Positions 9,388 to 19,042 are shown, numbered from the stretch's first letter. The stretch: DNA of 35,876 nt from Abditibacteriaceae bacterium (GCA_031425655.1 JANPJS010000235.1:1-35876), one strand, 5' to 3'. The notes: generated from the sequence alone by a model not told the origin. A program made the numbers and translations.

Positions 9388-9957
9388 TCAAAAATTGGAA
9401 GGGGCAATGACCTTGCTGACAGTAACGGTTCGGGATTTTGTGCCGTCGAACGCACTCAGTTCGGCTGAAAACTTTACCTGCTTGCATTTTCTCATCGCGG
9501 ATAAATCGAAAATTTCTTCATGCACAGATTGGTTGCCCTCAAAACGGCGATGCACCCCTACGCCAAAGAACATTTGCCCTGTTTTTAAATCCGTTGCCTG
9601 TGCACGCAGGTTGGTGTAGCCGCATGGCGAATAAAATTTAGCCCGAAAGAGAATGCCATTTTGGGGCGCAATTTTCGGTGTAGGCCAGCCGGAAAGTTGC
9701 TTTAAGCCACTGACAGTCCCACCTTGAAGAAGGCGTCTCTGGGTTTCGCCTTCTTCATCGCGCCATTTTTGAATCGTTGTGGTGGCTGCCGGTTCATGGA
9801 CGACGACACATTCCACCACCCGCACGTTTTTTACGTCGTTCTGCGCTTTAATGGCGTCGAGTCGCCGTTGACGCCAACTCCAAGCACCGGCGAAAACAAT
9901 CACGGCCAACACAGGCAGCGTGAGCATCAAAAATGTTTTTGCCTCAACTCGTTTCAT
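9388..9957 (-). CDS. Hypothetical protein with N-terminal TM anchor
   Basis: ORF track. TM helix followed by WRQRR; ATGA overlap with the vapC stop. Confidence 0.6.
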   Translation of the reverse strand: MKRVEAKTFLMLTLPVLAVIVFAGAWSWRQRRLDAIKAQNDVKNVRVVECVVVHEPAATTTIQKWRDEEGETQRRLLQGGTVSGLKQLSGWPTPKIAPQNGILFRAKFYSPCGYTNLRAQATDLKTGQMFFGVGVHRRFEGNQSVHEEIFDLSAMRKCKQVKFSAELSAFDGTKSRTVTVSKVIAPSNF

Positions 9958-10391
9958 AGTGCGCCTCGCAGAAGCGCGATGAAGCCTTCCTGTTCAAAAT
10001 GGTTGTCGTGCGTGAGAATCTCGAAGATGCCGAGTTCGCGCATGATCTGCATCGAAATGCAGTCGGTGAGCGAGTAATTTTTGTCGGGGCGTTGCGCGTG
10101 CAGGCTTAAGCCGGACATCAGCATTTCACGACTGGGGGGCAACACGAGCATCTCTGGTGACACAATCACCTGTCGCACGAAGTGATTGGCCTTTTGGCGC
10201 ATCCAATCGCCGCTCCGCGAGAAGAAATTGACGACTTCGATCAAGACCGCATCTGTCGTAAAAATCTGCGCGCCTTCAGTTTCCATCGAAGCAAACTGCG
10301 CGGCTTGGTGCAATTCATCGGTGCTATCAATAATGGCAACCCAATACGACGTATCGGCAAAAACCTGCCGCCTCGCTTGTTGCCCTATCAT
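9954..10391 (-). CDS. vapC: PIN-domain (VapC-family) toxin
   Basis: VFADTSYWVA...VLIEV...YSLTDCISMQIM...ILTHDNHFEQEGF acidic PIN motifs. Start set at ATG 10391, overlapping the antitoxin stop. Confidence 0.88.
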   Translation of the reverse strand: MIGQQARRQVFADTSYWVAIIDSTDELHQAAQFASMETEGAQIFTTDAVLIEVVNFFSRSGDWMRQKANHFVRQVIVSPEMLVLPPSREMLMSGLSLHAQRPDKNYSLTDCISMQIMRELGIFEILTHDNHFEQEGFIALLRGAL

Positions 10392-10594
10392 TTGTTGCCT
10401 TTCTCGCTTCGTTTGGGCCAGCCGTAGAGATAATGGTCGTGGTTTTCTGCACCATCGGTTGGCAACTGCGCCAAAACTTCCTCCGGTGCGTCGGCCATTT
10501 CCTCTATAATGCGCCTCCAAATCGGCACAAAGCCTTCAGGACGCGGCTTGTTGCTCTGCTCAGTCACGTAATCCAGCAAACTCTTCTCTTGCAT
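10388..10594 (-). CDS. Putative antitoxin of the PIN toxin
   Basis: 68 aa, directly upstream and overlapping vapC. C-terminal LPTDGAENHDHYLYGWPK motif recalled from small partners of PIN toxins. Confidence 0.75.
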   Translation of the reverse strand: MQEKSLLDYVTEQSNKPRPEGFVPIWRRIIEEMADAPEEVLAQLPTDGAENHDHYLYGWPKRSEKGNK

Positions 10595-10603
10595 GGTTTG
10601 TTC

Positions 10604-10696
10604 TTACCCCCAACCTCCTCCAACGGAGCGAATTACCTCAACGTTCCTCTTCGGCGTTCCGTAGAGATAGTGGTCATGTAAACTTTTTTCCTGCAT
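10604..10696 (-). pseudogene. Internally deleted relic copy of the antitoxin (30 aa ORF)
   Basis: MQEKSL-HDHYLYGTPKR... joins the N-terminal MQEKSL and C-terminal HDHYLYGWPKR of 10388-10594. Confidence 0.8.
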
Positions 10697-10707
10697 AGCT
10701 TTTCGCC

Positions 10708-11832
10708 TCACTTCCTCTCCTTCACCATCGCCGCAAAATCATCGAACAAATGCGCGTTATCCTTCGGGCCGGGGCACGCTTCAGGATGATATTGGACGGA
10801 AAACAGCGGTTTTTCGCGGTGGCGCAGGCCCTCGATGGTGTTGTCGTTGAGGTTGATATGCGTGATTTGCACGTCGTCGGGCAAACTTTCGGGCACGAGC
10901 GCGTAACCGTGATTTTGCGTCGTGATGTGAACTTTGCCCGTGATTAAATCCTTGACCGGATGATTGGCGCCTCTGTGGCCGAATTTCAGTTTGAAGGTTT
11001 CGCCGCCCAACGCGCGGCCCAAAAGCTGATGGCCCAAACAAATGCCGAACATCGGCATTTCGGGCTGCTGCGCTTGGATTTCCCTTATGACGCCCACTTC
11101 GTCGTCTAAAGAGCGCGGATCGCCGGGGCCGTTACTCAGCATCAAGCCGTCCGGCTGCCACGCCATAATTTCTTCGGCGCTGGCCGTGCAAGGCAAAACC
11201 ACGACTTCCAAGCCGCGCTCGCTCAAACTCCGCAAAATGTTGTATTTCGTGCCATAATCAAGCACGACCACGCGCGCTTCGGCATCCAACGGCATTTCCC
11301 ACTGGCCGGGCGGCGCGTTCGACTCGCCTTTTTGCCATTGATAGGCCTTGCTCGTCGTGACTTCGCGCACGTAAGTTCCGGCGTCGTAAGGCGGCAGATT
11401 TTTTAAGGTTTCAAGACCTTCTTCTGCCGTGTGTTCCGTGGTTATCATGCCCAGCATCACGCCGTAATCGCGCAGCTTTTTCACTAAGGCGCGCACGTCT
11501 ACGCCGCTGATGCCGGTGAGATTATTCTTCGTGAGATAATCGTCGCCGCTTTGCTGGCTGCGATAATTGGACGGCATATCGCACATTTCCTTGACGATAA
11601 AGCCCGCTACCTGCGGCCCGATGCTTTCGCCGTCTTCGGAGTTGAGACCGTAGTTGCCGATCAGCGGATAAGTCAGCGCCACCAACTGCCCGGCGTAACT
11701 GGGGTCGGTGAGAATCTCCTGATAACCCGTCATCGAAGTGTTGAAAACCACTTCGCCGGTCACCGTGCCCGGCGCGCCGGTCAGCGCGCCTTCGTAAATC
11801 GTGCCGTCAATAAGAATGAGTAATGCTTTCAT
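10708..11832 (-). CDS. carA: Carbamoyl-phosphate synthase small subunit
   Basis: GEVVFNTSMTGYQEILTDPSY, LSNGPGDP, FGICLGHQ, FGHRGANHPV, SVQYHPEACPGP. Start moved to ATG 11832. Confidence 0.96.
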   Translation of the reverse strand: MKALLILIDGTIYEGALTGAPGTVTGEVVFNTSMTGYQEILTDPSYAGQLVALTYPLIGNYGLNSEDGESIGPQVAGFIVKEMCDMPSNYRSQQSGDDYLTKNNLTGISGVDVRALVKKLRDYGVMLGMITTEHTAEEGLETLKNLPPYDAGTYVREVTTSKAYQWQKGESNAPPGQWEMPLDAEARVVVLDYGTKYNILRSLSERGLEVVVLPCTASAEEIMAWQPDGLMLSNGPGDPRSLDDEVGVIREIQAQQPEMPMFGICLGHQLLGRALGGETFKLKFGHRGANHPVKDLITGKVHITTQNHGYALVPESLPDDVQITHINLNDNTIEGLRHREKPLFSVQYHPEACPGPKDNAHLFDDFAAMVKERK

Positions 11833-11910
11833 TTTGGGTGGTTGGGTAGTTGGGTAGTTGGGTAGTTGGGTGGAGTAAAACCACCTAACCACCCAACTAC
11901 CTAACCACCT
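11833..11910. repeat. Octamer tandem repeat hairpin (GGTAGTTG / CAACTACC)
   Basis: Fills the whole DUF4139-carA spacer; same unit family as 3895-4033. Confidence 0.85.
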
Positions 11911-13537
11911 ACTCTGTCAGTCCCGTCAAAGTCATTTCGCGTGGGCATTCCACGACGTAATCGGAGTGCAATTCGCGTTTGGCACCGGCAGGTAAGGTCA
12001 ATTTCCACGTCATCACGCCTAAATCGTCGGTTTCGGGCTGCGGTTCGGCGCGATGTGGCTTGACTTTGATTTGCTCGTGGCGTGAAACCGGAATCTGATC
12101 GAGAATCGTCAGTTCCACGCGATGCGGTTTCAGGTTTTCGACTTCGATTTTGAAATCGTAACTTTGCCGCCGCACGTTGCCGATGAAATTTTTATCCACT
12201 TCGCGCCGTGCCAATTCTCGCTTGGCGCGCACCTGTTCGTCGGGGCCGAGAAAGAGCTTGAATTCCTGACCCGGCGCGGTTGCGTCGAGGTAAGCGGCAC
12301 CGACAAACGCGCCGTCGCGGAAGATGTTGGCCTGGCCGGCCAGCAGCGACAAACCGCTGTCGTTAAGAGCCGTGGCGCGCAAATAAGCCAGCGCGGCGCG
12401 GCGCGGAACCGCCTGATAATCAAGGCGAACCGGAAACTCGTGCTGCGCGATGGTCGCGCGGTGCGATTCGCCGTCGGCGGGAATGCTGTGGCGGCGCGGC
12501 AGATTGAAACTCACGGTCGCACCGCTGCTTTCGACTTGCGCGGTTTCGTATTCGGCTTCGACGGTCTGTTCCATGTAATCCACAGTCTGCATGGCTAAGA
12601 CGGCCTCTTCCGGTTCAGCGAGGCGTGGTTTTATGCGGCCCACCCTCGGCCTTTCCATCGCAGGCGCGGGCACTCCCGCGTAAAACGGACGCACAATATC
12701 TACGTAACGCGGCTCCAACTTCGGCGGCAGCGTGCCCATGCTGGGCCGCGCCGTCGAAAGCGTCAGTGCCACATCGTTCCAGTCTTCGCCGGTGTTTTGT
12801 CCGATTTTCGCTAAATACGTCAGCTCCAATTTGCCTTCCAAAACGCCGTCGGGCGAAGCGGGCGGCGAAAGCTGCACGCGCGCATCGTAAAGCGGCGCCC
12901 AACTCGCCTCAGGCACGGTGTAACTGATTTCCAAATCGAATTCGCCCGGCGCGGCGCTTTCCAGCGCGACGGTCACGCACTGTTCGCCGGCTTTGCGGGC
13001 GCCGGAAAACTGCTTGAGGCGCTGGCCGAGCATGACTTGCTTTTCGCCATTGGCGCGCTTTTGGGCTTCCAACGCAGCGCGCTGCTCGTTGATGCTTTCC
13101 ATTTGCGATTGCACGAAATCGAGCAGTTGCGCGGCGCTTTCCAGCGAAGTCGTGCCTTCGGCCAGGCCGCGCGCGAAGCGTTTGGCGGCGCTGTCGGCAA
13201 GCTCGCGCACGGTCGAAGCGCGGCGCTCTAAAATCTCGTCGCGCTTTTGCAGTTTTGCGCCTTCGTCTTGCGCCGCTTCGAGTTCGCTTTGCGCGGTGCG
13301 GGCTTCAGCGTGCGGCGTTTTTTCCAAAGGCCGAAAATGGCTTTCGACGCCGAGAATCTTCACCGCGACGGCGCCTTTACCTCCGGCGCGCAGCGAGTTT
13401 TCGTCGAGTCCGAGGGGCAAAGCGGCGATTGTGAACTCCTGCGCGCCACCTTCGAGCTGAAGCGAGGCGCGCCGCGTAATTTGCGCGCGGTCGGTGAAAA
13501 CCGTGACTTGTGAAATAGGCGCTTCGATATCGGGCAT
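11909..13537 (-). CDS. DUF4140/DUF4139 (MuiA-like) protein
   Basis: ISQVTVFTDRAQITR N-terminus, coiled coil, ASWAPLYDAR, QNTGEDWNDVALTLSTARP, ILDQIPVS. Confidence 0.85.
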   Translation of the reverse strand: MPDIEAPISQVTVFTDRAQITRRASLQLEGGAQEFTIAALPLGLDENSLRAGGKGAVAVKILGVESHFRPLEKTPHAEARTAQSELEAAQDEGAKLQKRDEILERRASTVRELADSAAKRFARGLAEGTTSLESAAQLLDFVQSQMESINEQRAALEAQKRANGEKQVMLGQRLKQFSGARKAGEQCVTVALESAAPGEFDLEISYTVPEASWAPLYDARVQLSPPASPDGVLEGKLELTYLAKIGQNTGEDWNDVALTLSTARPSMGTLPPKLEPRYVDIVRPFYAGVPAPAMERPRVGRIKPRLAEPEEAVLAMQTVDYMEQTVEAEYETAQVESSGATVSFNLPRRHSIPADGESHRATIAQHEFPVRLDYQAVPRRAALAYLRATALNDSGLSLLAGQANIFRDGAFVGAAYLDATAPGQEFKLFLGPDEQVRAKRELARREVDKNFIGNVRRQSYDFKIEVENLKPHRVELTILDQIPVSRHEQIKVKPHRAEPQPETDDLGVMTWKLTLPAGAKRELHSDYVVECPREMTLTGLTE

Positions 13538-13540
13538 GAT

Positions 13541-13612
13541 GGTTGGGTTTTGGGTGTTGGGTTTTGGGTGTTAGGGTCGTTTCCAGAACCCAGCACCTAA
13601 AACCTAATACCT
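13541..13612. repeat. Heptamer tandem repeat hairpin (TTGGGTT/TTGGGTG versus ACCTAAA)
   Basis: Fills the pyrC-DUF4139 spacer. Confidence 0.8.
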
Positions 13613-13613
13613 A

Positions 13614-14924
13614 TCACCTTTCAAAAACGATTTTTCCGTCCACAATCGTCGTCACGACGCGGCCTGTCATTTCGTGGCCGTCGTAAGGAGTGTTCTTCGA
13701 TTTGCTCGCTAAATCCGCTTTGTTCAGCGTCCAGCGCGTGTCGGGGTTGAAAATCACCACGTCGGCGGGCGCGCCGATTTTCAGTGTGCCAGTCGGTAGA
13801 TTGAGAATTTTTGCGGGCGCGACGGTCATCTTTTCGATGACCTGCGAAAGCGTCAAATGGCCGGGTTCGACCAGATATTTCAGCGCGACGCTGAGCATGG
13901 TTTCGAGACCGATGATGCCGAACGGCGCGTTGTCGAATTCACGCTCTTTTTCGTAAGCGGCGTGCGGCGCGTGGTCGGTGGCGATGGCGTCAATCGTGCC
14001 GTCACGCAAGCCTTCAATCAAGGCTTCGATGTCTTCGGGCGTGCGCAGCGGCGGGTTCATCTTGGCGTCGGTGTTGTAATTTCGGCACGCTTCGTCGGTG
14101 AGAGAAAAGTGGTGCGGGCCGACTTCGGCAGTCACCAAAACGCCGTCGGCTTTGGCGCGGCGAATCGTCTCGACCGCGCCTTTGGTCGTGTTGTGCAAAA
14201 TGTGAATACGGTTGCCGACTTCGCGCGCAATGGCGCAGGCTTTGAAAACCGCGATTTCTTCGGCCACGCGCGGCATTCCGCGCAAGCCGAGTTCATTCGA
14301 GGCCATGCCTTCGTTCATCACGCCGCCGCCTTTGCCGACTCCGGCATGGCCGCCGCCCGTCAGCGCGGTGTCTTCGCAGTGCAGCATCGTCACCAAATCG
14401 CAGGTTTTGGCGTATTGAAAACAGCGGCGCATGAAACCGGCATCCTGAATCGGAAAAGCGTCGTCGGAAACGGCAATCGCGCCCGCCGTTTTGAGTTCGG
14501 CCATCTCCGACAACTGCTCATTTTTCGCGGCCACTGAAACGCTGGCAATCGGCAAAATCTTCACGCCGTTGCCTTCCAATCGGGCGCGTTCGAGAATGTC
14601 GGAAACCACGCTGCGCGTATCAATCGGCGGATTGGTATTGGGCATCACGCCGATTGTGGTCACGCCGCCGCGCGCCGCCGCAAGCGTAACGCTCTGCGTG
14701 TCTTCCTTATATTCCTGACCGGGCGTGCGTCCGTGAACGTGAATATCAATCAGGCCCGGCGCGACGATGCAGCCGCTTGCGTCAATGATCTGCGTGTCTT
14801 TGCCGACCGCCGACCGCCGACCGCCGACCGCCGACACGCGCCCGTTTTCGATGAAAACATCGCACACGGCATCCAAGTTTTGCGACGGGTCAATCACGCG
14901 CCCGCCTTGAATAAGAATCGTCAT
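13614..14924 (-). CDS. pyrC: Dihydroorotase (type I)
   Basis: PGLIDIHVHGRTPG, MPNTNPPID, KMNPPLR, IATDHAPH, SKSKNTPY; pyr operon context. Confidence 0.95.
   Translation of the reverse strand: MTILIQGGRVIDPSQNLDAVCDVFIENGRVSAVGGRRSAVGKDTQIIDASGCIVAPGLIDIHVHGRTPGQEYKEDTQSVTLAAARGGVTTIGVMPNTNPPIDTRSVVSDILERARLEGNGVKILPIASVSVAAKNEQLSEMAELKTAGAIAVSDDAFPIQDAGFMRRCFQYAKTCDLVTMLHCEDTALTGGGHAGVGKGGGVMNEGMASNELGLRGMPRVAEEIAVFKACAIAREVGNRIHILHNTTKGAVETIRRAKADGVLVTAEVGPHHFSLTDEACRNYNTDAKMNPPLRTPEDIEALIEGLRDGTIDAIATDHAPHAAYEKEREFDNAPFGIIGLETMLSVALKYLVEPGHLTLSQVIEKMTVAPAKILNLPTGTLKIGAPADVVIFNPDTRWTLNKADLASKSKNTPYDGHEMTGRVVTTIVDGKIVFER
14802..14835. repeat. GCCGACC heptamer tandem repeat (~5 units) inside pyrC
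   Basis: Read directly; encodes VSAVGGRRSAVG. Confidence 0.85.
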
Positions 14925-15460
14925 TAAGAAAGTCCGCCCGATTTGGGTTTCATGCCGAAAGCGGCTTTGGCATCCGGCATTAGCAGCAAGATCACCGCAA
15001 GCAGCATCGCTACGCCCGCCGCGCCAATGAGCAGCGGCGAAAACGAATGATCGTCCTCAATGACGCCGCCGGCCCGATACAGCGAAAAGGCCACCACTTT
15101 CATCAAGTTAAAAATCCCAATCATGCCGCCGAAAATGGTGACCAGCCACCATGCCCACGCCTGCCGTTCGCACAATGCGCCGCACACCACGATCATCACG
15201 CCCAACCAGATTACGGCATACGGCACGCCGCTCATGTTGCCGGTTTGCCGCCAACCGTAAAGCGCGTTCAGCGTGATGCCGACGCCGTGCGCAACCAGAA
15301 ATAGCGCCGCGATTTTCACCGAAGCCGGTGTCATGCTCGTTTTTTCCTGCGCTTTGGGCGCGATGTCTTCCCAAACAGGCACGACCGGCGCGGGCGAATC
15401 AATCTGCGGCGGAATTTCTCCGTCGCGTGCTTCTTCGGATTGCGATGCTTCGTTGTCCAT
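14924..15460 (-). CDS. Hypothetical 4-TM membrane protein
   Basis: Four hydrophobic segments; AAGGAGG SD before ATG 15460; its stop overlaps the pyrC ATG. Confidence 0.7.
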   Translation of the reverse strand: MDNEASQSEEARDGEIPPQIDSPAPVVPVWEDIAPKAQEKTSMTPASVKIAALFLVAHGVGITLNALYGWRQTGNMSGVPYAVIWLGVMIVVCGALCERQAWAWWLVTIFGGMIGIFNLMKVVAFSLYRAGGVIEDDHSFSPLLIGAAGVAMLLAVILLLMPDAKAAFGMKPKSGGLS

Positions 15461-15476
15461 GTCGTGCCTCCTTAGC

Positions 15477-16403
15477 CTAATCTTCGTCGCCGCCAAGCAG
15501 CAAATACAGCAGCGCCATGCGCACGGCGACGCCGTTGGTCACCTGCGGCAAGATCACGCTTTGCGCGCCGTCGGCGATGTCGTCCGCGATTTCCACGCCC
15601 CGATTCATCGGGCCGGGATGCATCACGATGGCGTCCGGCTTCGCTTTCGCCAAACGCCGCGCGTTCAGGCCGTAAAGTGCTGAATATTCGCGCACGCCGG
15701 GCAAATATACGCCGTCCATGCGCTCTTGCTGAAGTCGCAGCATCATCACGACATCGGCGTCCGCGACGGCTTTGTCGCAATCGGTTTCCAAACGCGCGCG
15801 GCCTGCAAACTCCTGCGGCAAAAGCGTGTCGGGGCCGCACAAAGTCACCTTCGCGCCCATCGTCGTCAGGCCGTAAAGATTGGAGCGCGCCACCCGCGAA
15901 TGCAGCAAATCGCCGACGATAGTGATGTTCAAGCCTTCGATCTGACCTTTGTTTTCCCGAATCGTCAGCATATCGAGCAAACCTTGCGACGGATGCTCGT
16001 GAAAGCCGTCGCCGGCGTTGATAATCTGGCCTTTGAGATAGCGGGAGGCGATTTCGGGCGCTCCGGCGTTGGGATGGCGAATAATCACGCAATCGGCGGT
16101 CAGCGCATCTAACGTGAGTAGCGTGTCTTTGAGGCTTTCGCCTTTGGCCGCCGAACTTTGCGCGACGGCGATGTTAATCGCTTCGGCGCTCATAATTTTG
16201 GCGGCAAGCTCGAAACTGGTGCGCGTGCGCGTCGAATTTTCAAAGAACAGCGTGATGACACTGCGACCGCGCAGCGTCGGCACTTTTTTCACGGGCCGCG
16301 CGAGAATTTCCTTGAAACGCGCCGCCGTATCGAGAACAAGTTCGATTTCCCCGGCGCCCATATCGCGCAGGCCCAAAATGTGTTTCCGTTGCAGCTTCTT
16401 CAT
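15477..16403 (-). CDS. pyrB: Aspartate carbamoyltransferase catalytic subunit
   Basis: [54 protein letters not shown]. Confidence 0.97.
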   Translation of the reverse strand: MKKLQRKHILGLRDMGAGEIELVLDTAARFKEILARPVKKVPTLRGRSVITLFFENSTRTRTSFELAAKIMSAEAINIAVAQSSAAKGESLKDTLLTLDALTADCVIIRHPNAGAPEIASRYLKGQIINAGDGFHEHPSQGLLDMLTIRENKGQIEGLNITIVGDLLHSRVARSNLYGLTTMGAKVTLCGPDTLLPQEFAGRARLETDCDKAVADADVVMMLRLQQERMDGVYLPGVREYSALYGLNARRLAKAKPDAIVMHPGPMNRGVEIADDIADGAQSVILPQVTNGVAVRMALLYLLLGGDED

Positions 16404-16473
16404 AGGGATGAGGGATGAGGGATGAGGGATGAGGGGCTGAAAATTTCATCCCTCATCCTTCCGCCCTCATCCC
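16404..16473. repeat. AGGGATG heptamer hairpin between pyrR and pyrB
   Basis: (AGGGATG)x4 ... (CATCCCT)n. The pyrR stop lies in the outer unit and the pyrB ATG abuts the other arm. Confidence 0.85.
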
Positions 16474-17033
16474 TTTTCGATCCTCACGATGTCTTCGCTA
16501 TCGAGTTCGCTGAGTGAAACCGTGACTTCTTCGTCGCGCGCCGTGGGCAGATTTTTGCCGACGAAATCGGCGCGAATCGGCAGTTCCCGATGGCCGCGAT
16601 CTACCAAAACTGCGAGTTGCACCATCGCGGGCCGTCCGTGGTCGTTGAGAGCGTCCAACGCGGCGCGCACGGTGCGTCCGGTAAAAAGCACGTCGTCCAC
16701 GATCACCACGATTTTGCCCCCCACCGAGAATTCGATTTTCGTTTGCTGCGGCGCGACGAGCCGCTTGCTGTAATCGTCGCGGTAAAGCGCCACATCGAGG
16801 GCGCCGACCGGCACATCCTGCTCTTCGATGTGCGCCAAATGCCCGGCGATACGCTCGGCGAGCGGCACGCCATGTCGGGGAATGCCGATCAGCACCACGT
16901 TTTCGATACCGCGATTGCGCTCGGCGATTTCGTGCGCCACGCGCTTCAAAGCCCGCGCGATGTCGCCGGCATCCATCAAAACCCCCGGCGGACGCTTATC
17001 TTCCGATTTTCGTTTGTCGTTGTGTGCCGTCAT
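16467..17033 (-). CDS. pyrR: Pyrimidine attenuation regulator / uracil PRTase PyrR
   Basis: [58 protein letters not shown]. Start at ATG 17033 or slightly downstream. Confidence 0.95.
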   Translation of the reverse strand: MTAHNDKRKSEDKRPPGVLMDAGDIARALKRVAHEIAERNRGIENVVLIGIPRHGVPLAERIAGHLAHIEEQDVPVGALDVALYRDDYSKRLVAPQQTKIEFSVGGKIVVIVDDVLFTGRTVRAALDALNDHGRPAMVQLAVLVDRGHRELPIRADFVGKNLPTARDEEVTVSLSELDSEDIVRIEKG

Positions 17034-17053
17034 GCGTGCCGCCGCCCGACAAT

Positions 17054-17100
17054 AAAAAAGCCCTGTCGCGCCGAAATTTGACATTTCAGACGCGCAGGGC
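17054..17100 (-). terminator. Attenuator terminator in the pyr leader
   Basis: Minus strand GCCCTGCGCG...CGCGACAGGGC followed by TTTTTT. Confidence 0.8.
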
Positions 17101-17139
17101 CGCTAATAAAAATTGAATTTTCGAGTTGTATCATAGCCG

Positions 17140-17171
17140 CCCTTGCGCGCCTCTCAGGACGCGCTTAAAAG
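17140..17171 (-). promoter_or_regulatory. PyrR-binding RNA loop (anti-antiterminator)
   Basis: Minus strand CTTTTAAGCGCGTCCTGAGAGGCGCGCAAGGG fits the PyrR consensus (UUUAA...GUCCnGnGAGGY...AAGG), upstream of pyrR. Confidence 0.88.
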
Positions 17172-17186
17172 TGCGAAATCGCAGCC

Positions 17187-17216
17187 AGTATAGCGTTTTC
17201 GACGGCCCAAAGTCAA
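17187..17216 (-). promoter_or_regulatory. Sigma70-type promoter of the pyr operon
   Basis: TTGACT-N18-TATACT on the minus strand, just upstream of the PyrR loop. Confidence 0.7.
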
Positions 17217-17258
17217 CGCGACCGATCCGGTTCGGGGCTTTGTCAAACGCCTCCATAC

Positions 17259-17381
17259 AATGGAACACGGGCTTCGCACACGGAAACGACACAGATTCAC
17301 ACGGATTTCTTTGGATTGATCCGTGAAAACCCGTGGCGTTTCGGGCGCCCTCTGGGCAGGATGCGAAGCCCGTGTTCCATT
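17259..17381. repeat. Long palindromic element with ACACGGA-type inner repeats
   Basis: 20-bp perfect outer IR AATGGAACACGGGCTTCGCA / TGCGAAGCCCGTGTTCCATT, with inner CACGGAT/ATCCGTG arms. Confidence 0.8.
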
Positions 17382-17514
17382 TGAAACTTGAACGGAGATA
17401 TGCCGCACGGCATCGAAGTGGCGTTCGACGGCATGATGATCGAGGTTTAGCCTTTTTGCGCCCCGTTTTGGCACTTGGGGAATCAAATAAAAGAACTTTC
17501 AGGGAGAAACTTTT

Positions 17515-18948
17515 ATGAGTGCGAAATTTAGTCGTCGGGAACTACTCAAAGGCGCGACGATTGGGGCGGCGGCTGTGGCGGGCGCCCGCGTTTTTAACAC
17601 GCCTTACATCATGGCCGCCGAACCGGGCAAAAAGCTGCGCACAGCAGTCATCGGCTGCGGCGGGCGCGGCACGGGGTTTCATGTGCCGCTCGCGGCACGC
17701 GAAAATCTGGTGGCTCTGGTGGACATGGACGACAGCAAAATCGCGGGCGCCATCAAAGAGGGCAAGGCGAAGCAAAAGGATTTCAACGCCGAAGCCGTCA
17801 AGGGTTTCAACGATTACCGCAAGTTTTTCGACGTGATGGCTAAAGAAGTGGACGCGGTTTTCATTGCCACGCCGAACCATCATCACGCCCTGCCGGCGAT
17901 GCTGGCGATGGAGCGTGGCATTGCCTGTTACGTGGAAAAGCCGATAGCTTACAACGTCCACGAATCGCGCCTTTTGGCCGAAGCCTCCAAAAAATACAAA
18001 GTCGCCACGCAAATGGGCAATCAGGGCCATTCGCAAGAAGGCTATCGCCGCTTAGTGGAATATATTCAGGCGGGCGCGATTGGCAACGTCACGCAGGTTT
18101 ATCATTGGAGCGATTGCGAAAACGGCGGCGTTGGGCCGCGTCCAGCGGCGGCTCCGGTGCCCGCCGGCCTCAACTGGGATAGCTTTATCGGCCCGGCGCC
18201 TTATCGTGAATTTCACGCGCAACTGCATCCGCATTCGTGGCACGGCTGGCACGATTTCGGTGGCGGCGCTCTGGGCAACCGGGGCTGTCATATCATGGAC
18301 GGCGCGCATTGGGCGCTTAACCTCAACGGCGCCTGCGCGATTGAAATGGAGGATGCCACCGGCGGCACCGATGAACGCTTTCCTCTGGCAGCGCGCATTC
18401 GCTGGGACTTCCCGCAGCGCGGCGCGATGCCGCCGGTTAAAGTCTGGTGGTATGATGGCCGTCGGAAAGGCGCGACGAGTAAAGAAACCGGCGCCACCGC
18501 CGACAGCGTAGTGGATGCCGACCGCAATCGCCCGCCCATTCTGATCGAACTGGAAAAGAAATACGGCAAAGAGCGTTTCGAGGGCAACGCCACGATTTAT
18601 GTCGGCGATAAAGGCATGATGTATACCGGCTTTTATGGTGGCGGCGCCCGCATTCTTCCTGAAGAATTGCATAAAGCCACGCCGGTGCCCGAAATGAAGT
18701 TCGAGCGCATCAAAGGCAGCCACACCGACGACTTTTTGCGCGGCGTGCGCGACCCGACTCACAAGCCGTGCGCCAATTTTGAAGTCTCGGCGCCCCTGAC
18801 CGAACTGACTTTGCTCGGCGTTTTAGCGGCGCGGCAGGGCGTCGGCAAGAAAATCGAGTGGGACGGCAACAAATGCACGAATATGCCCGCCGTCAACGCC
18901 GATTTGCAGCGCGAAGGCCGCGAAGGCTGGAAACTGCCGAAGATTTAA
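17515..18948 (+). CDS. Gfo/Idh/MocA-family oxidoreductase with Tat signal
   Basis: SRRELLK twin-arginine motif, VIGCGGRG, DAVFIATPNHHH, YVEKP, QMGNQGHS, GGGALGNRGCHIMD. Confidence 0.92.
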   Translation: MSAKFSRRELLKGATIGAAAVAGARVFNTPYIMAAEPGKKLRTAVIGCGGRGTGFHVPLAARENLVALVDMDDSKIAGAIKEGKAKQKDFNAEAVKGFNDYRKFFDVMAKEVDAVFIATPNHHHALPAMLAMERGIACYVEKPIAYNVHESRLLAEASKKYKVATQMGNQGHSQEGYRRLVEYIQAGAIGNVTQVYHWSDCENGGVGPRPAAAPVPAGLNWDSFIGPAPYREFHAQLHPHSWHGWHDFGGGALGNRGCHIMDGAHWALNLNGACAIEMEDATGGTDERFPLAARIRWDFPQRGAMPPVKVWWYDGRRKGATSKETGATADSVVDADRNRPPILIELEKKYGKERFEGNATIYVGDKGMMYTGFYGGGARILPEELHKATPVPEMKFERIKGSHTDDFLRGVRDPTHKPCANFEVSAPLTELTLLGVLAARQGVGKKIEWDGNKCTNMPAVNADLQREGREGWKLPKI

Positions 18949-18962
18949 AGATTCGGGGCAGC

Positions 18963-18998
18963 AAAAAGGGCGCAGTGCAAATTGCACTGTGCCCTTTT
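18963..18998 (+). terminator. Intrinsic terminator
   Basis: AAAAAGGGCGCAGTGCAA-A-TTGCACTGTGCCCTTTT. Confidence 0.8.
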
Positions 18999-19042
18999 GT
19001 TTTGGTGGTTAAAAAGTGCATCGCGCGGCTAAAATAATCGGT

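Noticed and set aside
17467..17485. Possible sigma-54 promoter (TTGGCAC) upstream of the Gfo/Idh/MocA gene
   Set aside because: The -12 GC is absent at the required GG-N10-GC spacing.
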